Source: a candidate division WOR-3 bacterium
GTDB taxonomy: Bacteria; Hydrothermota; Hydrothermia; LBFQ01; DSFT01
DNA length: 64,000 bases
Direction: 5' to 3'
Assembly: GCA_025060695.1 (NCBI GenBank)
Contig: JANXBH010000001.1
Location: 90,730 to 154,729, forward strand
Below are positions 9,750-19,508 of this stretch, piece by piece. How positions within the stretch are numbered: position 1 is the stretch's first letter; each line of letters opens with the position of its first letter. Made by a program: the position numbers and the translations under genes. A model generated the notes under the pieces. That model was not told the origin of the DNA and searched no databases. It saw only the letters and a program-made list of their open reading frames with translations.

Positions 9750-10288
9750 TATTTTTACCTGATATCCTTACAACGATTAGATTTATAATAACTTTTTTTG
9801 TGTTTTTTTCTATTGGAAAAAATAATTTACTTACATTGTTCTTATTATTTATTGCATTTATTACAGATATACTTGATGGACACATTGCGAGGAAATTGGG
9901 TATTCAAAATAGGGAGTTCGGTAAGGCATACGACCACTTAGTTGATAAACTTTTAGTTTTTGTAGTTATCTACGGACTTGTTTTATATAAGAATTTACCA
10001 AATTGGGCATTAATATTTTTCCTGATGAGAGAATTTCTTTTAATTATTGGTGTCATATTTCTATGGTTTTATAAAATGAAAATTCAAGGCTCTAATATTT
10101 TAGGTAAAATTTCAGGAGTGGTTTTTTATTTAATGGTAATTAGTTATCTTTTTAATTTAGATATTAGCTTCACAATGCTAATTATTTCAATTGTTTTTTC
10201 ATTACTTGCATTTTTAATCTACGCTATAAGAGGTATATCAGAATTTTATAAATATGTTGTTTCTAATAGCTCTAAAGTTAGATATTGA
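9746..10288 (+). CDS. CDP-alcohol phosphatidyltransferase (PgsA-like)
   Basis: DILDGHIARKLGIQNREFGKAYDHLVDKL matches D-G-x2-A-R-x8-G-x3-D-x3-D. It has an N-terminal PDILTTIRFII and multiple TM segments. 180 aa. Confidence 0.65.
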   Translation: MIFLPDILTTIRFIITFFVFFSIGKNNLLTLFLLFIAFITDILDGHIARKLGIQNREFGKAYDHLVDKLLVFVVIYGLVLYKNLPNWALIFFLMREFLLIIGVIFLWFYKMKIQGSNILGKISGVVFYLMVISYLFNLDISFTMLIISIVFSLLAFLIYAIRGISEFYKYVVSNSSKVRY

Positions 10289-10931
10289 GTTAAAAAGAAT
10301 AAAGTTCAATGGTGATTATATTGACGTATATAAGCCAAAGGAAAATGGAAGTTATCCATTTGTTATATTTTCAGGAGGTATGAATACACCTTCAAGAAGG
10401 TATGAATCCTTCGCAAGATACATATCAAGTTATGGTTATGTAGTGATTATTCCTGACTATAAAGGGTGGCTATTTTTAACTTTCATACCATCTAAGATTT
10501 TGAAAATTCTTGATAACTTATCTAAGATTGATAGTTCAATAAAAAATGAAGGATGTCTTGGTGGACATTCTCTCGGTGCATACTTTTCACTTTTAGTTTC
10601 TTATAAAAGAAGTTCTATAAAGTGTGTTTTTGTATTTTCTCCACCTGCTCTGTTATTAAGATATGATAAAATCAAAATTCCAGTTTTGATTTTTGCTGGG
10701 ACAAATGACGAAATTACAAAAATAGAGAGTAATCAAAAAATTATATATGATAATCTGAAAACTGATAAGAAACTTGTAATTATTGAAGGTGGTAATCATA
10801 ATGGTTATATGGATAGATGGGCTTTTGTAGAAGGAATAACAGATGGACATTTAAAGATTGAACATGCAAAACAGCTCAGTATAGTAAGGGATAGTGTGTT
10901 GGAGTTCTTAAATTCTATATTTAAGCATTAA
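10254..10931 (+). CDS. alpha/beta hydrolase (dienelactone hydrolase / chlorophyllase-like)
   Basis: GGHSLGAY nucleophile elbow (GxSxG) and an FSGGMNTP...YGYVVIIPDY hydrolase fold pattern. The 5' end overlaps the preceding gene, so the true start is probably an internal ATG. Confidence 0.5.
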   Translation: MLFLIALKLDIELKRIKFNGDYIDVYKPKENGSYPFVIFSGGMNTPSRRYESFARYISSYGYVVIIPDYKGWLFLTFIPSKILKILDNLSKIDSSIKNEGCLGGHSLGAYFSLLVSYKRSSIKCVFVFSPPALLLRYDKIKIPVLIFAGTNDEITKIESNQKIIYDNLKTDKKLVIIEGGNHNGYMDRWAFVEGITDGHLKIEHAKQLSIVRDSVLEFLNSIFKH

Positions 10932-10964
10932 AATTTTGTTCTTCTGGAAATTTATGTAGTTTTC

Positions 10965-11669
10965 TTGTATGCTTTAGTTTCAGATTTGGCAACAGGAATA
11001 GGAGCAATTCCTTTTTTTTTCATTAAAGACATCAAAAAGAAGATTTTAGGCTTTCTTGAAGCACTTGCAGGTGGTTTAATGATGGGTGCAAGTTTTAATT
11101 TAATATTTGAAGGGATAAATCTAAATATCTTGTTATTAAATATAGGAATGATTTTAGGAATACTTCTTGTTGTAGCTTCAAATAATTTTTTAAATGGTAA
11201 AGAGCTTGCACTTGGAAATATAAGAGGTATTTCAGCTAAAAGAGCTATATTGTTTTTATTTATAATGACCGCACATAGTTTCGCTGAAGGTATTGCAATT
11301 GGTGTTTCATTCGGTGGAAGGGAAAATCTTGGTATATTGACCTCTGTAGCTATAGCAATTCACAATATACCAGAGGGTCTTGCAATATCACTATACTTAA
11401 TTTCGCAAGGTGCAAGTCCAATCGCCTGCCTGTTTTGGAGTATATTCTCAAGTCTTCCTCAGCCAATTATGGCTGTCCCTTCTTATATCCTTGTTGAAAT
11501 CTTTAAACCAATTTTACCATTTGGTTTTGGCTTTGCAGCAGGAGCTATGATATATCTTGTATTATGGGATATTATACCAAGTTCCCTAAAATCAGTTTCA
11601 CAAGAATTTAACTCTATAACTATAATTTTAGGAACCTTATTAATGATAACTTTTTATAAATTACTCTAA
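10965..11669 (+). CDS. zupT: ZIP family zinc/metal transporter (ZupT-like)
   Basis: Signature AIAIHNIPEGLAISL (HNxPEG), the HSFAEGIAIG motif, and 8 predicted TM helices. Confidence 0.75.
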   Translation: MYALVSDLATGIGAIPFFFIKDIKKKILGFLEALAGGLMMGASFNLIFEGINLNILLLNIGMILGILLVVASNNFLNGKELALGNIRGISAKRAILFLFIMTAHSFAEGIAIGVSFGGRENLGILTSVAIAIHNIPEGLAISLYLISQGASPIACLFWSIFSSLPQPIMAVPSYILVEIFKPILPFGFGFAAGAMIYLVLWDIIPSSLKSVSQEFNSITIILGTLLMITFYKLL

Positions 11670-12056
11670 TTTCTTTACTGGAACTTTTATTTTTTTCTCG
11701 CCTGACTTTTTAAATTTTAATACCAGCTCAATAGTGTCATTTTCTCTTAAGTCTTCTTTTAAGTTTATAAGCATTACATGAAGACCCCCTGGCTCTAAGC
11801 TTAGTTTATCCTTTATCACTAAATAGTCTATTTTTTTCATCTCCATCATATCACCCTTTTTTATTGTCTCATGTAATTCGGTTATATTCGCACAATTGCA
11901 GTATGCTTCATACAAAGTATCCTCCATACCTTGATTATTCTTTATTTTCATATATACCGCACTTGAACCATCCTTAGGAGCTATTCTCGCATATGGATTC
12001 AATATCTCTATATCCTCACCTACCTTATTACATCCAACTATAAAAAGTAATATCAA
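11661..12056 (-). CDS. PCu(A)C-family periplasmic copper chaperone, lipoprotein
   Basis: Lipobox LFIVGC at the N-terminus. Cu(I)-binding pattern H..M...M..H.M (ELHETIKKGDMMEMKK ... GGLHVMLINLK) typical of DUF461/PCuAC. Confidence 0.6.
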   Translation of the reverse strand: MILLFIVGCNKVGEDIEILNPYARIAPKDGSSAVYMKIKNNQGMEDTLYEAYCNCANITELHETIKKGDMMEMKKIDYLVIKDKLSLEPGGLHVMLINLKEDLRENDTIELVLKFKKSGEKKIKVPVKKLE

Positions 12057-12088
12057 AATTTTTTGTCTTATGTTTTGATAAATTTTAA

Positions 12089-12105
12089 AGGGGGAACGGC
12101 CCCCT
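12089..12105 (-). terminator. GC-rich hairpin (GGGGG-AACGG-CCCCC) followed on the minus strand by a T-rich tract
   Basis: It immediately abuts the stop codon (12104-12106) of the TonB-dependent receptor gene. It is the only GC-only stem in an AT-rich intergenic region. Confidence 0.5.
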
Positions 12106-13921
12106 ATATAGAGATACTAATTGAGAAATTTCTGAAAGGTTCAAATGTTTTAAATGGATTGGTCGGTTCTATGTATTTTTCATTAAATAGATTATTTATA
12201 GAAAAGTTTAAACTTATTCTTCTAATGTTGTAATCTATCCCAAGAGAAAATATGGAAAATAGTTTTTTGCTTTTCTCATCAAAGAATGCTCTATGGTATA
12301 GCGTAATGAATTTATAACTTAGTCTCGTCCTTAACTGAGGTTTTGTATAAAATTCAATCTCAACCGAAGGTTTGGAGTATTCAAGTGTAGTACTAAGAAA
12401 AAAGTTATTAAACGGAATGAAATTCATATTAAGCAGCGAGTTGAAAATGTATATATCTTTATTTTCCCACGTATAGGCTGGATATCCTTCAATAGTATCA
12501 TTAGCAAACTTTAGTGAAATGTAGTTTTTTATATAACTTATAGACGGGTTAACATTAAGCATTATGAAATTTAAAGAATGCTTATAGTCTACATGAAAAC
12601 TAAGTAGAAGCTCCTCTTTTAAACTTGGATTTGGAATTTCGTATCTATTTGCTGTCTTGTGAATACCTTCAAATGTTAACTGCTGGAGTGATGGGTACTG
12701 AATTGACTGAGAAAGAGAAAAGTTAAAATCACTAAATTTCGTTCCAATTAAAAAGCTATAACCAATTTTCAGTTTCTCATCAAAGCTTGAGTAGCTTGGT
12801 ATTATTGAAAATGCATAATTAAGGTTCTTAAACTTGTTAGAATATAGAGTTGAAAGTATTATTCTGTTATAGTTATATTTATCTTCACCTTTTGAAAGAA
12901 AATCACTATAGTTTAAATTTAAGTAGAAGTTATTTGAATTATAAATAGTTTGGATTGTTCTTAGATTTAGCTGAGTTATTAGTTCATCTCCATCGTATTC
13001 TCTTTGGTCCGAGTTTTGAAAATCTAAAATAAAATTATTGTAGCTTAGTCTTGGATTTAGATATATATTTTTTGCTCTTGACTGACCATGAGCACCATGC
13101 ATAATTTTACTTTCTTCTAAGCTTGGCACGCCATAGTTTATAAAACTAAAATAGTTTCCAATCATAATTTTCTTATATTTTGCAGAAAGTATTGAGTATA
13201 TTGAACTATCGGAAGTGTTTTCTATTTCTGGATTTTTAAAGTCTCCACTTATTGAACCCTTAATACCAACTTTGTATGAGAAGTTTTTAAAGTTTCTATT
13301 ATCCTTAAAGAGCACAGAAAATCTGTCATTAGATGATAAATAGGAAAATTTACCCACATATCTATTCTCATTTGTTATATCAAATATCCTTAAGTCCAAG
13401 CCACCTGCTACAGAATTTATACCAAATATAGCGTTTGTAGATGTATTGCCTATATATATTTTATCCGCAAGTTCAAAGTCCATTACTATAGGATGGTCAA
13501 GGTAGTCGCTTTGGTCATGCAATATCGCACCATCTACAGTAATATTGTATTTATCCCTATTGAAACCGGAGATTATAGGCTTGTTCACTACACTACCATA
13601 CATTGTATTTTCAAGGTCAAAGTCCAATTTCCTTACCTCATTTAATCTTGTATATTTAGAAACGACTTCAACAGGTTTTAGGCTAATTCCTTCCACTTCA
13701 AGATATATTTCACTTGGAACATTTTCTTTAAATTTTAACATTTTATAGCCTATTCTATATATTATGATACTATCCTTATATTTCACATTAGCACAACCAC
13801 TATGGTCTGTAAAAGTAATACTTATTGGGCTATAAATCTTTACCGCTTCAAGCGGCTGTTTTGTCTCTTTATCATAAACACAAATTTTTAAGTTTTCTAA
13901 ATTTATAATTAAAGCTATCAT
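12104..13921 (-). CDS. TonB-dependent outer-membrane receptor (small, about 605 aa)
   Basis: Plug-domain pattern ...NITVDGAILHDQSDY... and IYIGNTSTNAIFGINSVAGGLDLRIFD, then a long beta-rich region rich in Y/N/S/F. Confidence 0.65.
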   Translation of the reverse strand: MIALIINLENLKICVYDKETKQPLEAVKIYSPISITFTDHSGCANVKYKDSIIIYRIGYKMLKFKENVPSEIYLEVEGISLKPVEVVSKYTRLNEVRKLDFDLENTMYGSVVNKPIISGFNRDKYNITVDGAILHDQSDYLDHPIVMDFELADKIYIGNTSTNAIFGINSVAGGLDLRIFDITNENRYVGKFSYLSSNDRFSVLFKDNRNFKNFSYKVGIKGSISGDFKNPEIENTSDSSIYSILSAKYKKIMIGNYFSFINYGVPSLEESKIMHGAHGQSRAKNIYLNPRLSYNNFILDFQNSDQREYDGDELITQLNLRTIQTIYNSNNFYLNLNYSDFLSKGEDKYNYNRIILSTLYSNKFKNLNYAFSIIPSYSSFDEKLKIGYSFLIGTKFSDFNFSLSQSIQYPSLQQLTFEGIHKTANRYEIPNPSLKEELLLSFHVDYKHSLNFIMLNVNPSISYIKNYISLKFANDTIEGYPAYTWENKDIYIFNSLLNMNFIPFNNFFLSTTLEYSKPSVEIEFYTKPQLRTRLSYKFITLYHRAFFDEKSKKLFSIFSLGIDYNIRRISLNFSINNLFNEKYIEPTNPFKTFEPFRNFSISISI

Positions 13922-13977
13922 TTTTTACCTCCTTTTTTTATTATTTACTTTCTATTTTTTAAAGCTCAAATTTAAAG

Positions 13978-14238
13978 TTAAAAATTAGGAGGAGAGCGAA
14001 TATTTGGAAAAATAAGACTATAAGTTTCGTGCTTTTTAGTTTTCATTGATATTGAAACAATGTATAGAACTCTCGGTTTTTCTATTTTTAATGAAAAACC
14101 TTCGATTTTAGGAGGATTGTTTTGATAGTGTAAGATAAGACATTCTTCTAATATTGAATGATGAATATGATTGTGAAAGCTTGAAATTACAATTGCATTT
14201 AATATAAATATTAATGTGAGAAATGAGAAAATCTTCAA
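13978..14238 (-). CDS. small secreted His-rich protein (possible metal-binding)
   Basis: 86 aa with an N-terminal hydrophobic signal-like segment then FHNHIHHS. It has its own upstream TTTTATAATTTTAAAG element. It sits in the copper/metal gene block. Confidence 0.35.
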   Translation of the reverse strand: MKIFSFLTLIFILNAIVISSFHNHIHHSILEECLILHYQNNPPKIEGFSLKIEKPRVLYIVSISMKTKKHETYSLIFPNIRSPPNF

Positions 14239-15050
14239 GGTTTTATAATTTTAAAGTCCGCATCTATCAAAAATACTCCTTTTTTTACAATTTTTTCACC
14301 ATTCTTTATACCTTCAATTAAATAACCATCTTTTACATCAGTAATAATCTTTACTTCTTTTGCTTTAAATGAGCCATCTTCAAAAACATATACTATATCA
14401 CTATTTCCTGTTCTAATTACTGAACTTTTCGGAACAATCTTTCCCCTTATTTCCTTCACTATCTTACCTACTTCATAATTATTCTCAAAGAAAGTATTAT
14501 CATTTTTAAGAATAACGATAATTTCAAAGTAGTTTGCACTATTGGAAGAAGGTAAAATCTCTACTACTCTACCCTTAGTATTTCTAATTTCAACTATATC
14601 TCCTTTTTGAACATATAAAAAATCGCTTTTTCTAACGCTACCTATAAACTGAACAATAGAATTATTTACAATTTCCATAACTACAGAACCAGCCTCAAAT
14701 TTTTCACCTTCTGTTATATCAATTTTCAAAACTCTTCCACTAATAGGACTTCTAAAAATTATACTATCCGAAAATATATCTTCAGGACTTATTTGTAATA
14801 ACTTAATCCTCTCAAGAATAAAACTATCTTTAGTAATATCGAACTCCGATTTTATTCTTAAAATTTCAGGAGAATAAAAACTAAAAATCTTCTCTCCTCT
14901 ATTTATATATTCTCCTTCGTTTTGAATATAGAGATTTAAAACGTATCCAGAAAATCTTGGAACAATTTTTGTAATTGCATTTTTTGGAAATTTTACTACA
15001 CCTTCTATGATTATTTCCTTATAACCAACTGTATCTTTAACTAAAAAAAA
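14235..15050 (-). CDS. RND membrane fusion protein (CusB/HlyD family), C-terminal two-thirds; frame lacks a start codon
   Basis: By my hand translation the frame is open from 15050 down to 14235, about 272 codons. It encodes MFP-like beta-barrel and membrane-proximal segments (RSPISGRVLKIDITEGEKFEAGSVVMEI; IVYVFEDGSFKAKEVKI...GEKIVKKGVFLIDAD). There is no ATG/GTG/TTG before the internal TTG at 14729. It joins the upstream ORF by a 1-nt shift in a T8 run. Confidence 0.6.
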   Translation of the reverse strand, partial: FFLVKDTVGYKEIIIEGVVKFPKNAITKIVPRFSGYVLNLYIQNEGEYINRGEKIFSFYSPEILRIKSEFDITKDSFILERIKLLQISPEDIFSDSIIFRSPISGRVLKIDITEGEKFEAGSVVMEIVNNSIVQFIGSVRKSDFLYVQKGDIVEIRNTKGRVVEILPSSNSANYFEIIVILKNDNTFFENNYEVGKIVKEIRGKIVPKSSVIRTGNSDIVYVFEDGSFKAKEVKIITDVKDGYLIEGIKNGEKIVKKGVFLIDADFKIIKP

Positions 15051-15445
15051 TCAATAAGTTTATTATCTATTTGAGAATGTGTATGCTTAACTTCCCCCTT
15101 AAATGGTATATTTATTAGCTTTTCAATTTTGTTTCCATCTAACTCTAAAATAATAAACCACTCACCACTCATAGAAACAAAAACTTTTCCTTCGTAATTT
15201 TTATTTAGTTCAAATACTTCTGTCATGGCAGGCATGCCTGGCATTTCCGGCATATACAAATACGCCTTAAATGACCTTGGTTTTGGTTCTATTATAAACT
15301 TTACCTTATTTTCTCTTTCCTTTAGCATTCCATCAGTAGTTAAGATTTTTACTTTATATCCTTTATCTACTATTTCAAGAACTTCTTTATAATTTTGACC
15401 ACAGGATATAAGAAAAAGTAATATAAAAATTTTCCTCATATTCAA
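15041..15445 (-). CDS. lipoprotein N-terminal segment of the same CusB-like adaptor; Met-rich putative Cu(I) site
   Basis: Lipobox LISCGQ and a Met-rich motif YMPEMPGMPAMTEV. The ORF stops (TAG 15041-15043) right after GAU UUU UUU, inside the T8 homopolymer 15043-15050. Confidence 0.55.
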   Translation of the reverse strand: MNMRKIFILLFLISCGQNYKEVLEIVDKGYKVKILTTDGMLKERENKVKFIIEPKPRSFKAYLYMPEMPGMPAMTEVFELNKNYEGKVFVSMSGEWFIILELDGNKIEKLINIPFKGEVKHTHSQIDNKLIDFF

Positions 15446-15449
15446 AATT

Positions 15450-16436
15450 TTAAAACATAAACTTTAACTTATAGTAGCTTAGGATTGCATTATATTTCAA
15501 CCTGTTTATTTCTCTTTCCATATTCAATATTTCGTTTAAATTATAGTAGTATTCTACTAAAGATATATCACCTAAAAGCTTTGAAATATTTAAAGTCGTC
15601 ATAAGTTCATCTCTTCGGCTTTTATATAACTCATATTGACTAACTGATAGTTTATATTCAGATATAGTTCTTTCAATTTCAAGCTTAATATATTCTATTG
15701 AAGAACTATAGTAATTTCTATATGCATCTTTCAATTTTACTCTTGTCTTTATTTCACCTAATGGAAATGTATTAATAGTAAATCCTATCATAAATCCATA
15801 TGTATTATCTTTTCTTATTAAAACCATAGGTTTTACATTAGGAACAAGCTTTATATAGCTTAATTTTAAAGAATTTTCAATTGTCTTAAGTTCATAGCTT
15901 AACATATTATAATCTACGGTCTCTTCCAACTTATAGTCTTTTAATTTTGGAATACTTTCAATATCTTCAATGCTATCTATCTTGGCATAGTAGTTTAGTG
16001 TAATCATTAAATTATTATATTTTGCCTTAAGAAAATCCAAGTTTATATTCAATTCTCTTATTTTTGCATTTATCTCTAATATTTTTGAAAATTCCGTAGT
16101 TTTATCATATTTATAAGCACTTAGTATTAGCTTCCTTATTTTTTCATAGTTTTCTAAAATTTTATATAGAATTTCCAATTCTTTTTTTAATTCAATAGCT
16201 TGTAAATAAGTCTCTATTGCTTCAAGTATGAATTCATTCCTTTCTTTTAAATTTTTATATTTCATCGCAACTATTTCATCTTTAATTATAAAAGACTCAT
16301 ATATCATATGGGGCGATATTTCAGTTCCTATACTTATATTTCCACTTTCAAACATTGCATTGTATTCTACCATAAGCTGTGGATTTAAAGCACTGTAAAT
16401 TTGATATTCGTAATACTTTACTTTTTTATGCTCCAT
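15450..16436 (-). CDS. outer-membrane efflux factor-like protein (TolC/OMF family?), short
   Basis: 328 aa, heavily coiled-coil (alternating heptads), ending with aromatic YKLKFMF. Its position next to MFP and RND genes suggests an OMF. No signal peptide at the annotated ATG, so the N-terminus is uncertain. Confidence 0.4.
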   Translation of the reverse strand: MEHKKVKYYEYQIYSALNPQLMVEYNAMFESGNISIGTEISPHMIYESFIIKDEIVAMKYKNLKERNEFILEAIETYLQAIELKKELEILYKILENYEKIRKLILSAYKYDKTTEFSKILEINAKIRELNINLDFLKAKYNNLMITLNYYAKIDSIEDIESIPKLKDYKLEETVDYNMLSYELKTIENSLKLSYIKLVPNVKPMVLIRKDNTYGFMIGFTINTFPLGEIKTRVKLKDAYRNYYSSSIEYIKLEIERTISEYKLSVSQYELYKSRRDELMTTLNISKLLGDISLVEYYYNLNEILNMEREINRLKYNAILSYYKLKFMF

Positions 16437-16513
16437 TACTTTCTTTATAAAATCCTCTATGTTCGTAAATATTAAGTAAATAATAATGAAAATTTTAGAG
16501 TTAAAATTTAAAA

Positions 16514-19507
16514 TTGCTTGAAAAAATTGTAAATTTTTCTCTGAAAAATAAAACTACAATTTCACTTATCGTTATACTTTTAACTATTGTTGGAATATAT
16601 TCCATATTTAAAGTTAATATAGATGCAATACCAGATATTTCAGAAAATCAAGTAATTATTACCGCAAGGTATGAAGGACAGGACCCCATTACTATTGAGG
16701 AGCAAGTTAGCTATAAGTTAGTATCAAGACTACTATCAATACCTAAAATTAGAACTATTAGAGCAATTTCAATGAATAATATTGCTTTTGTATACATAAT
16801 TTTTAAAGATGGTGTAAATATATATTGGGCAAGGTCTAGAGTTTTAGAGTATATTGCAGGATTAGATATTCCAAAAGAAGTAAATATACAAATTGGCCCT
16901 CCCTCATCTTCTATATCTTGGATAGTTCAATATGTACTAATATCAGATAAACATACTATTGATGAGTTAACTGCATTTAACGAGTTTATATTAAAACCAT
17001 ATCTACAGGCAACAGAAGGTGTATCAGAAATAGCTACAATAGGTGGTTTTATAAAGGAATATCAGATAGACGTTGACCCATATAAATTAAAATCTTATAA
17101 TTTAAGTTTTGAAGAAGTTTTAAAGGCTATTGAAAATGCCAACTTATCAACAGGTGGAAGGTTTATAGAAATAGCCGAAAGATATTATAACATAAGGGGA
17201 TACGGATATATTAGAACATTGGAAGATATTGAGAATATTTCTATAAAAGGCATAAAAATTAAGGATATAGGTATTGTTCAAATAGGTCCTTCAATAAGAG
17301 AAGGAGCTTTGGACTATAATGCAAAAGGTGAATCGGTAGGTGGTATTATTATTTCAACAATAGGAGAAAATGCGTATAAAGTAATTAGAAATGTAAAAGA
17401 AAAAATAAAGAAGATAAATTTGCCTGAAGGTATGAAAATAGAAATCGTTTACGATAGAAGTTATTTAATTGAGGAAAGCATTAAAACATTGATTAGCGCA
17501 ATATTAAAAGAAAGTCTTATAATCGCAATATTAGTTTATATTTTTTTAGTTTCAATAAAATCTTCTATTTCAATAATTATTATACTTCCTCTTTCGGTAA
17601 TTTTATCTATAATTTTTGTAAAAATTTTTAACATTACTTTAAACATAATGAGTCTTGGTGGTTTTATACTATCGCTTGGAGTTTTGATTGATATGGCGGT
17701 TGTTCTTGTAGAAAGCAGTCATAAGTATATTGAGCAAGGATATTCCAAAATAGAAGCAATAGAAAAATCAGTTAAGGAACTTTCAAGAAGTATTTTCTTT
17801 TCGCTATTAATCATTACAATATCATTTTTACCAGTTTTCTTTCTTACTGGTGAGGAAGGAAAACTATTTAAGCCATTAGCTATTACCAAAACCTTTTCCA
17901 TGTTAATAGCTTCAATACTTTCTATTTCTTTCATAATCATTTTAATATATTTCTTCCTCCCAAATAAAACCAAACCTGAAATGGAAAATCCTATAAATAG
18001 AATAATTTTGAAAACTTACGAGTTCACATTCAAAATTGTATATAAATATCCATTAGCTTTTATAGTGTTTTTTATTTTGTTTTCCGTTTTCGGTATTTTT
18101 ATTTATAAAACCATAAAAAGCGAATTCTTACCACCATTTAATGAAGGCTCAATTTTATATATGCCATCTACAACCTCAGGTATTTCTATACAAAAAGGTA
18201 TTGAAGTACTTAGATATATGGATTCTATTATTATAAGTAATGAAAATGTAAGAGCGGTTTTTGGAAAAATTTCAAGGGCAAACACAGCTACTGACCCTGC
18301 ACCACCTAGCATGATTGAAACTAATATAGAGCTAAAAGACCCAAAGAAAATATACGAAGTTATAAATGAATTAAGCCATAAACTAAATATCCCTGGATTT
18401 ATAAACACATTTAGTATGCCAATTAGAACAAGGATAGATATGTTAAAAACAGGCATTAGAACTCCACTTGGAATAAAAGTATATGGAAATGATCCTTATA
18501 TTACCGAAAGTTTAGCAATAGAGATAGAAAAATTATTAAGGAGTTTAAGAGAGACAAAATATGCCTATGCAGAAAGACTTTCAAATTCATACTACATTAT
18601 AATTAGTCCAAGAAGAGAAAGAATTTCCCAATACAATATAAGTATAAAGGAGATTATGGATATTATAAATTTTTACATTGGTGGAAATACTATTACTTAC
18701 AAGATTGAAAATAGATTTAGCTATCCAATTAGAGCAAGAATTCTAAGAGACTATAGAGAAATTGAATATATTAAGAGGATACCTATTTTTACAACTTCAG
18801 GTTTTGTAAGCTTAGAAGATATATGCGATATTCAAATTAAAAGAGGTTTTGAAATGATTAGAAATGAAAATGGATTTATTACAAGTTATATTTATCTTGA
18901 TAGTCATGACGACTATTTAAAATATATTCAAAAAGTAAATTCTATAATAAATTCATTCATAAAATTCCCCTCTGGATATTTTTATGAGGTTTCAGGTCAA
19001 TACGAAGACTTAAAGAGAGTTCAAAGCACACTTGTTTTTATTATTCCAATGACCATATTCATTATATTTATTTTGCTATATATGAACTTTAAGAGTTTAG
19101 TAAAGAGTATTTTAGTATTGATATTACTTATATTTCCACTTTCGGGAGCCTTTATTACTATAAAGTTATTAAACTACAATTTATCAATTGCGGTATGGAT
19201 TGGAATTGTTGCACTTTTAGGTATAAGTACGGAAATTATTGTAGTAAAAATTGCGTTTTTAGATTTAGGTTTTGAAAAGTTCAATAACAAATACGAGGCT
19301 ATACACTGGGCAGTGATAACAAGATTAAGACCAATTACAATTACTACACTAACCGCATTCTTTTCACTAATTCCTATAATGTTTGAATTTACACTTGGTG
19401 CAGATATTATAAAAAGAATAGTTGCACCCATGATAGGAGGTATATTCTTTACATTCATTTTAAGTTTATATATCTTGCCAAGTTTTTATGTAATGTTTAA
19501 AAAATAG
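16514..19507 (+). CDS. heavy-metal efflux RND transporter (CusA/CzcA family)
   Basis: N-terminus MLEKIVNFSLKNK...IDAIPDISENQVIITARYEGQDP is the hallmark HME-RND start. 997 aa with 12 TM and large periplasmic loops. TTG start. Confidence 0.8.
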   Translation: MLEKIVNFSLKNKTTISLIVILLTIVGIYSIFKVNIDAIPDISENQVIITARYEGQDPITIEEQVSYKLVSRLLSIPKIRTIRAISMNNIAFVYIIFKDGVNIYWARSRVLEYIAGLDIPKEVNIQIGPPSSSISWIVQYVLISDKHTIDELTAFNEFILKPYLQATEGVSEIATIGGFIKEYQIDVDPYKLKSYNLSFEEVLKAIENANLSTGGRFIEIAERYYNIRGYGYIRTLEDIENISIKGIKIKDIGIVQIGPSIREGALDYNAKGESVGGIIISTIGENAYKVIRNVKEKIKKINLPEGMKIEIVYDRSYLIEESIKTLISAILKESLIIAILVYIFLVSIKSSISIIIILPLSVILSIIFVKIFNITLNIMSLGGFILSLGVLIDMAVVLVESSHKYIEQGYSKIEAIEKSVKELSRSIFFSLLIITISFLPVFFLTGEEGKLFKPLAITKTFSMLIASILSISFIIILIYFFLPNKTKPEMENPINRIILKTYEFTFKIVYKYPLAFIVFFILFSVFGIFIYKTIKSEFLPPFNEGSILYMPSTTSGISIQKGIEVLRYMDSIIISNENVRAVFGKISRANTATDPAPPSMIETNIELKDPKKIYEVINELSHKLNIPGFINTFSMPIRTRIDMLKTGIRTPLGIKVYGNDPYITESLAIEIEKLLRSLRETKYAYAERLSNSYYIIISPRRERISQYNISIKEIMDIINFYIGGNTITYKIENRFSYPIRARILRDYREIEYIKRIPIFTTSGFVSLEDICDIQIKRGFEMIRNENGFITSYIYLDSHDDYLKYIQKVNSIINSFIKFPSGYFYEVSGQYEDLKRVQSTLVFIIPMTIFIIFILLYMNFKSLVKSILVLILLIFPLSGAFITIKLLNYNLSIAVWIGIVALLGISTEIIVVKIAFLDLGFEKFNNKYEAIHWAVITRLRPITITTLTAFFSLIPIMFEFTLGADIIKRIVAPMIGGIFFTFILSLYILPSFYVMFKK

Positions 19508-19508
19508 C

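Noticed and set aside
15041-15060. Deciding between programmed -1 frameshifting and a homopolymer sequencing error at the T8 tract.
   Set aside because: It cannot be resolved from the sequence alone. Both are reported as alternatives in the finding rather than asserting recoding.
16437-16562. Possible N-terminal extension of the OMF-like gene through the intergenic region (the in-frame segment KIFIIIYLIFTN looks signal-peptide-like).
   Set aside because: It would overlap the divergently transcribed RND start codon and its promoter element. There is no start codon, and the hydrophobic stretch is more simply explained by AT-rich sequence.
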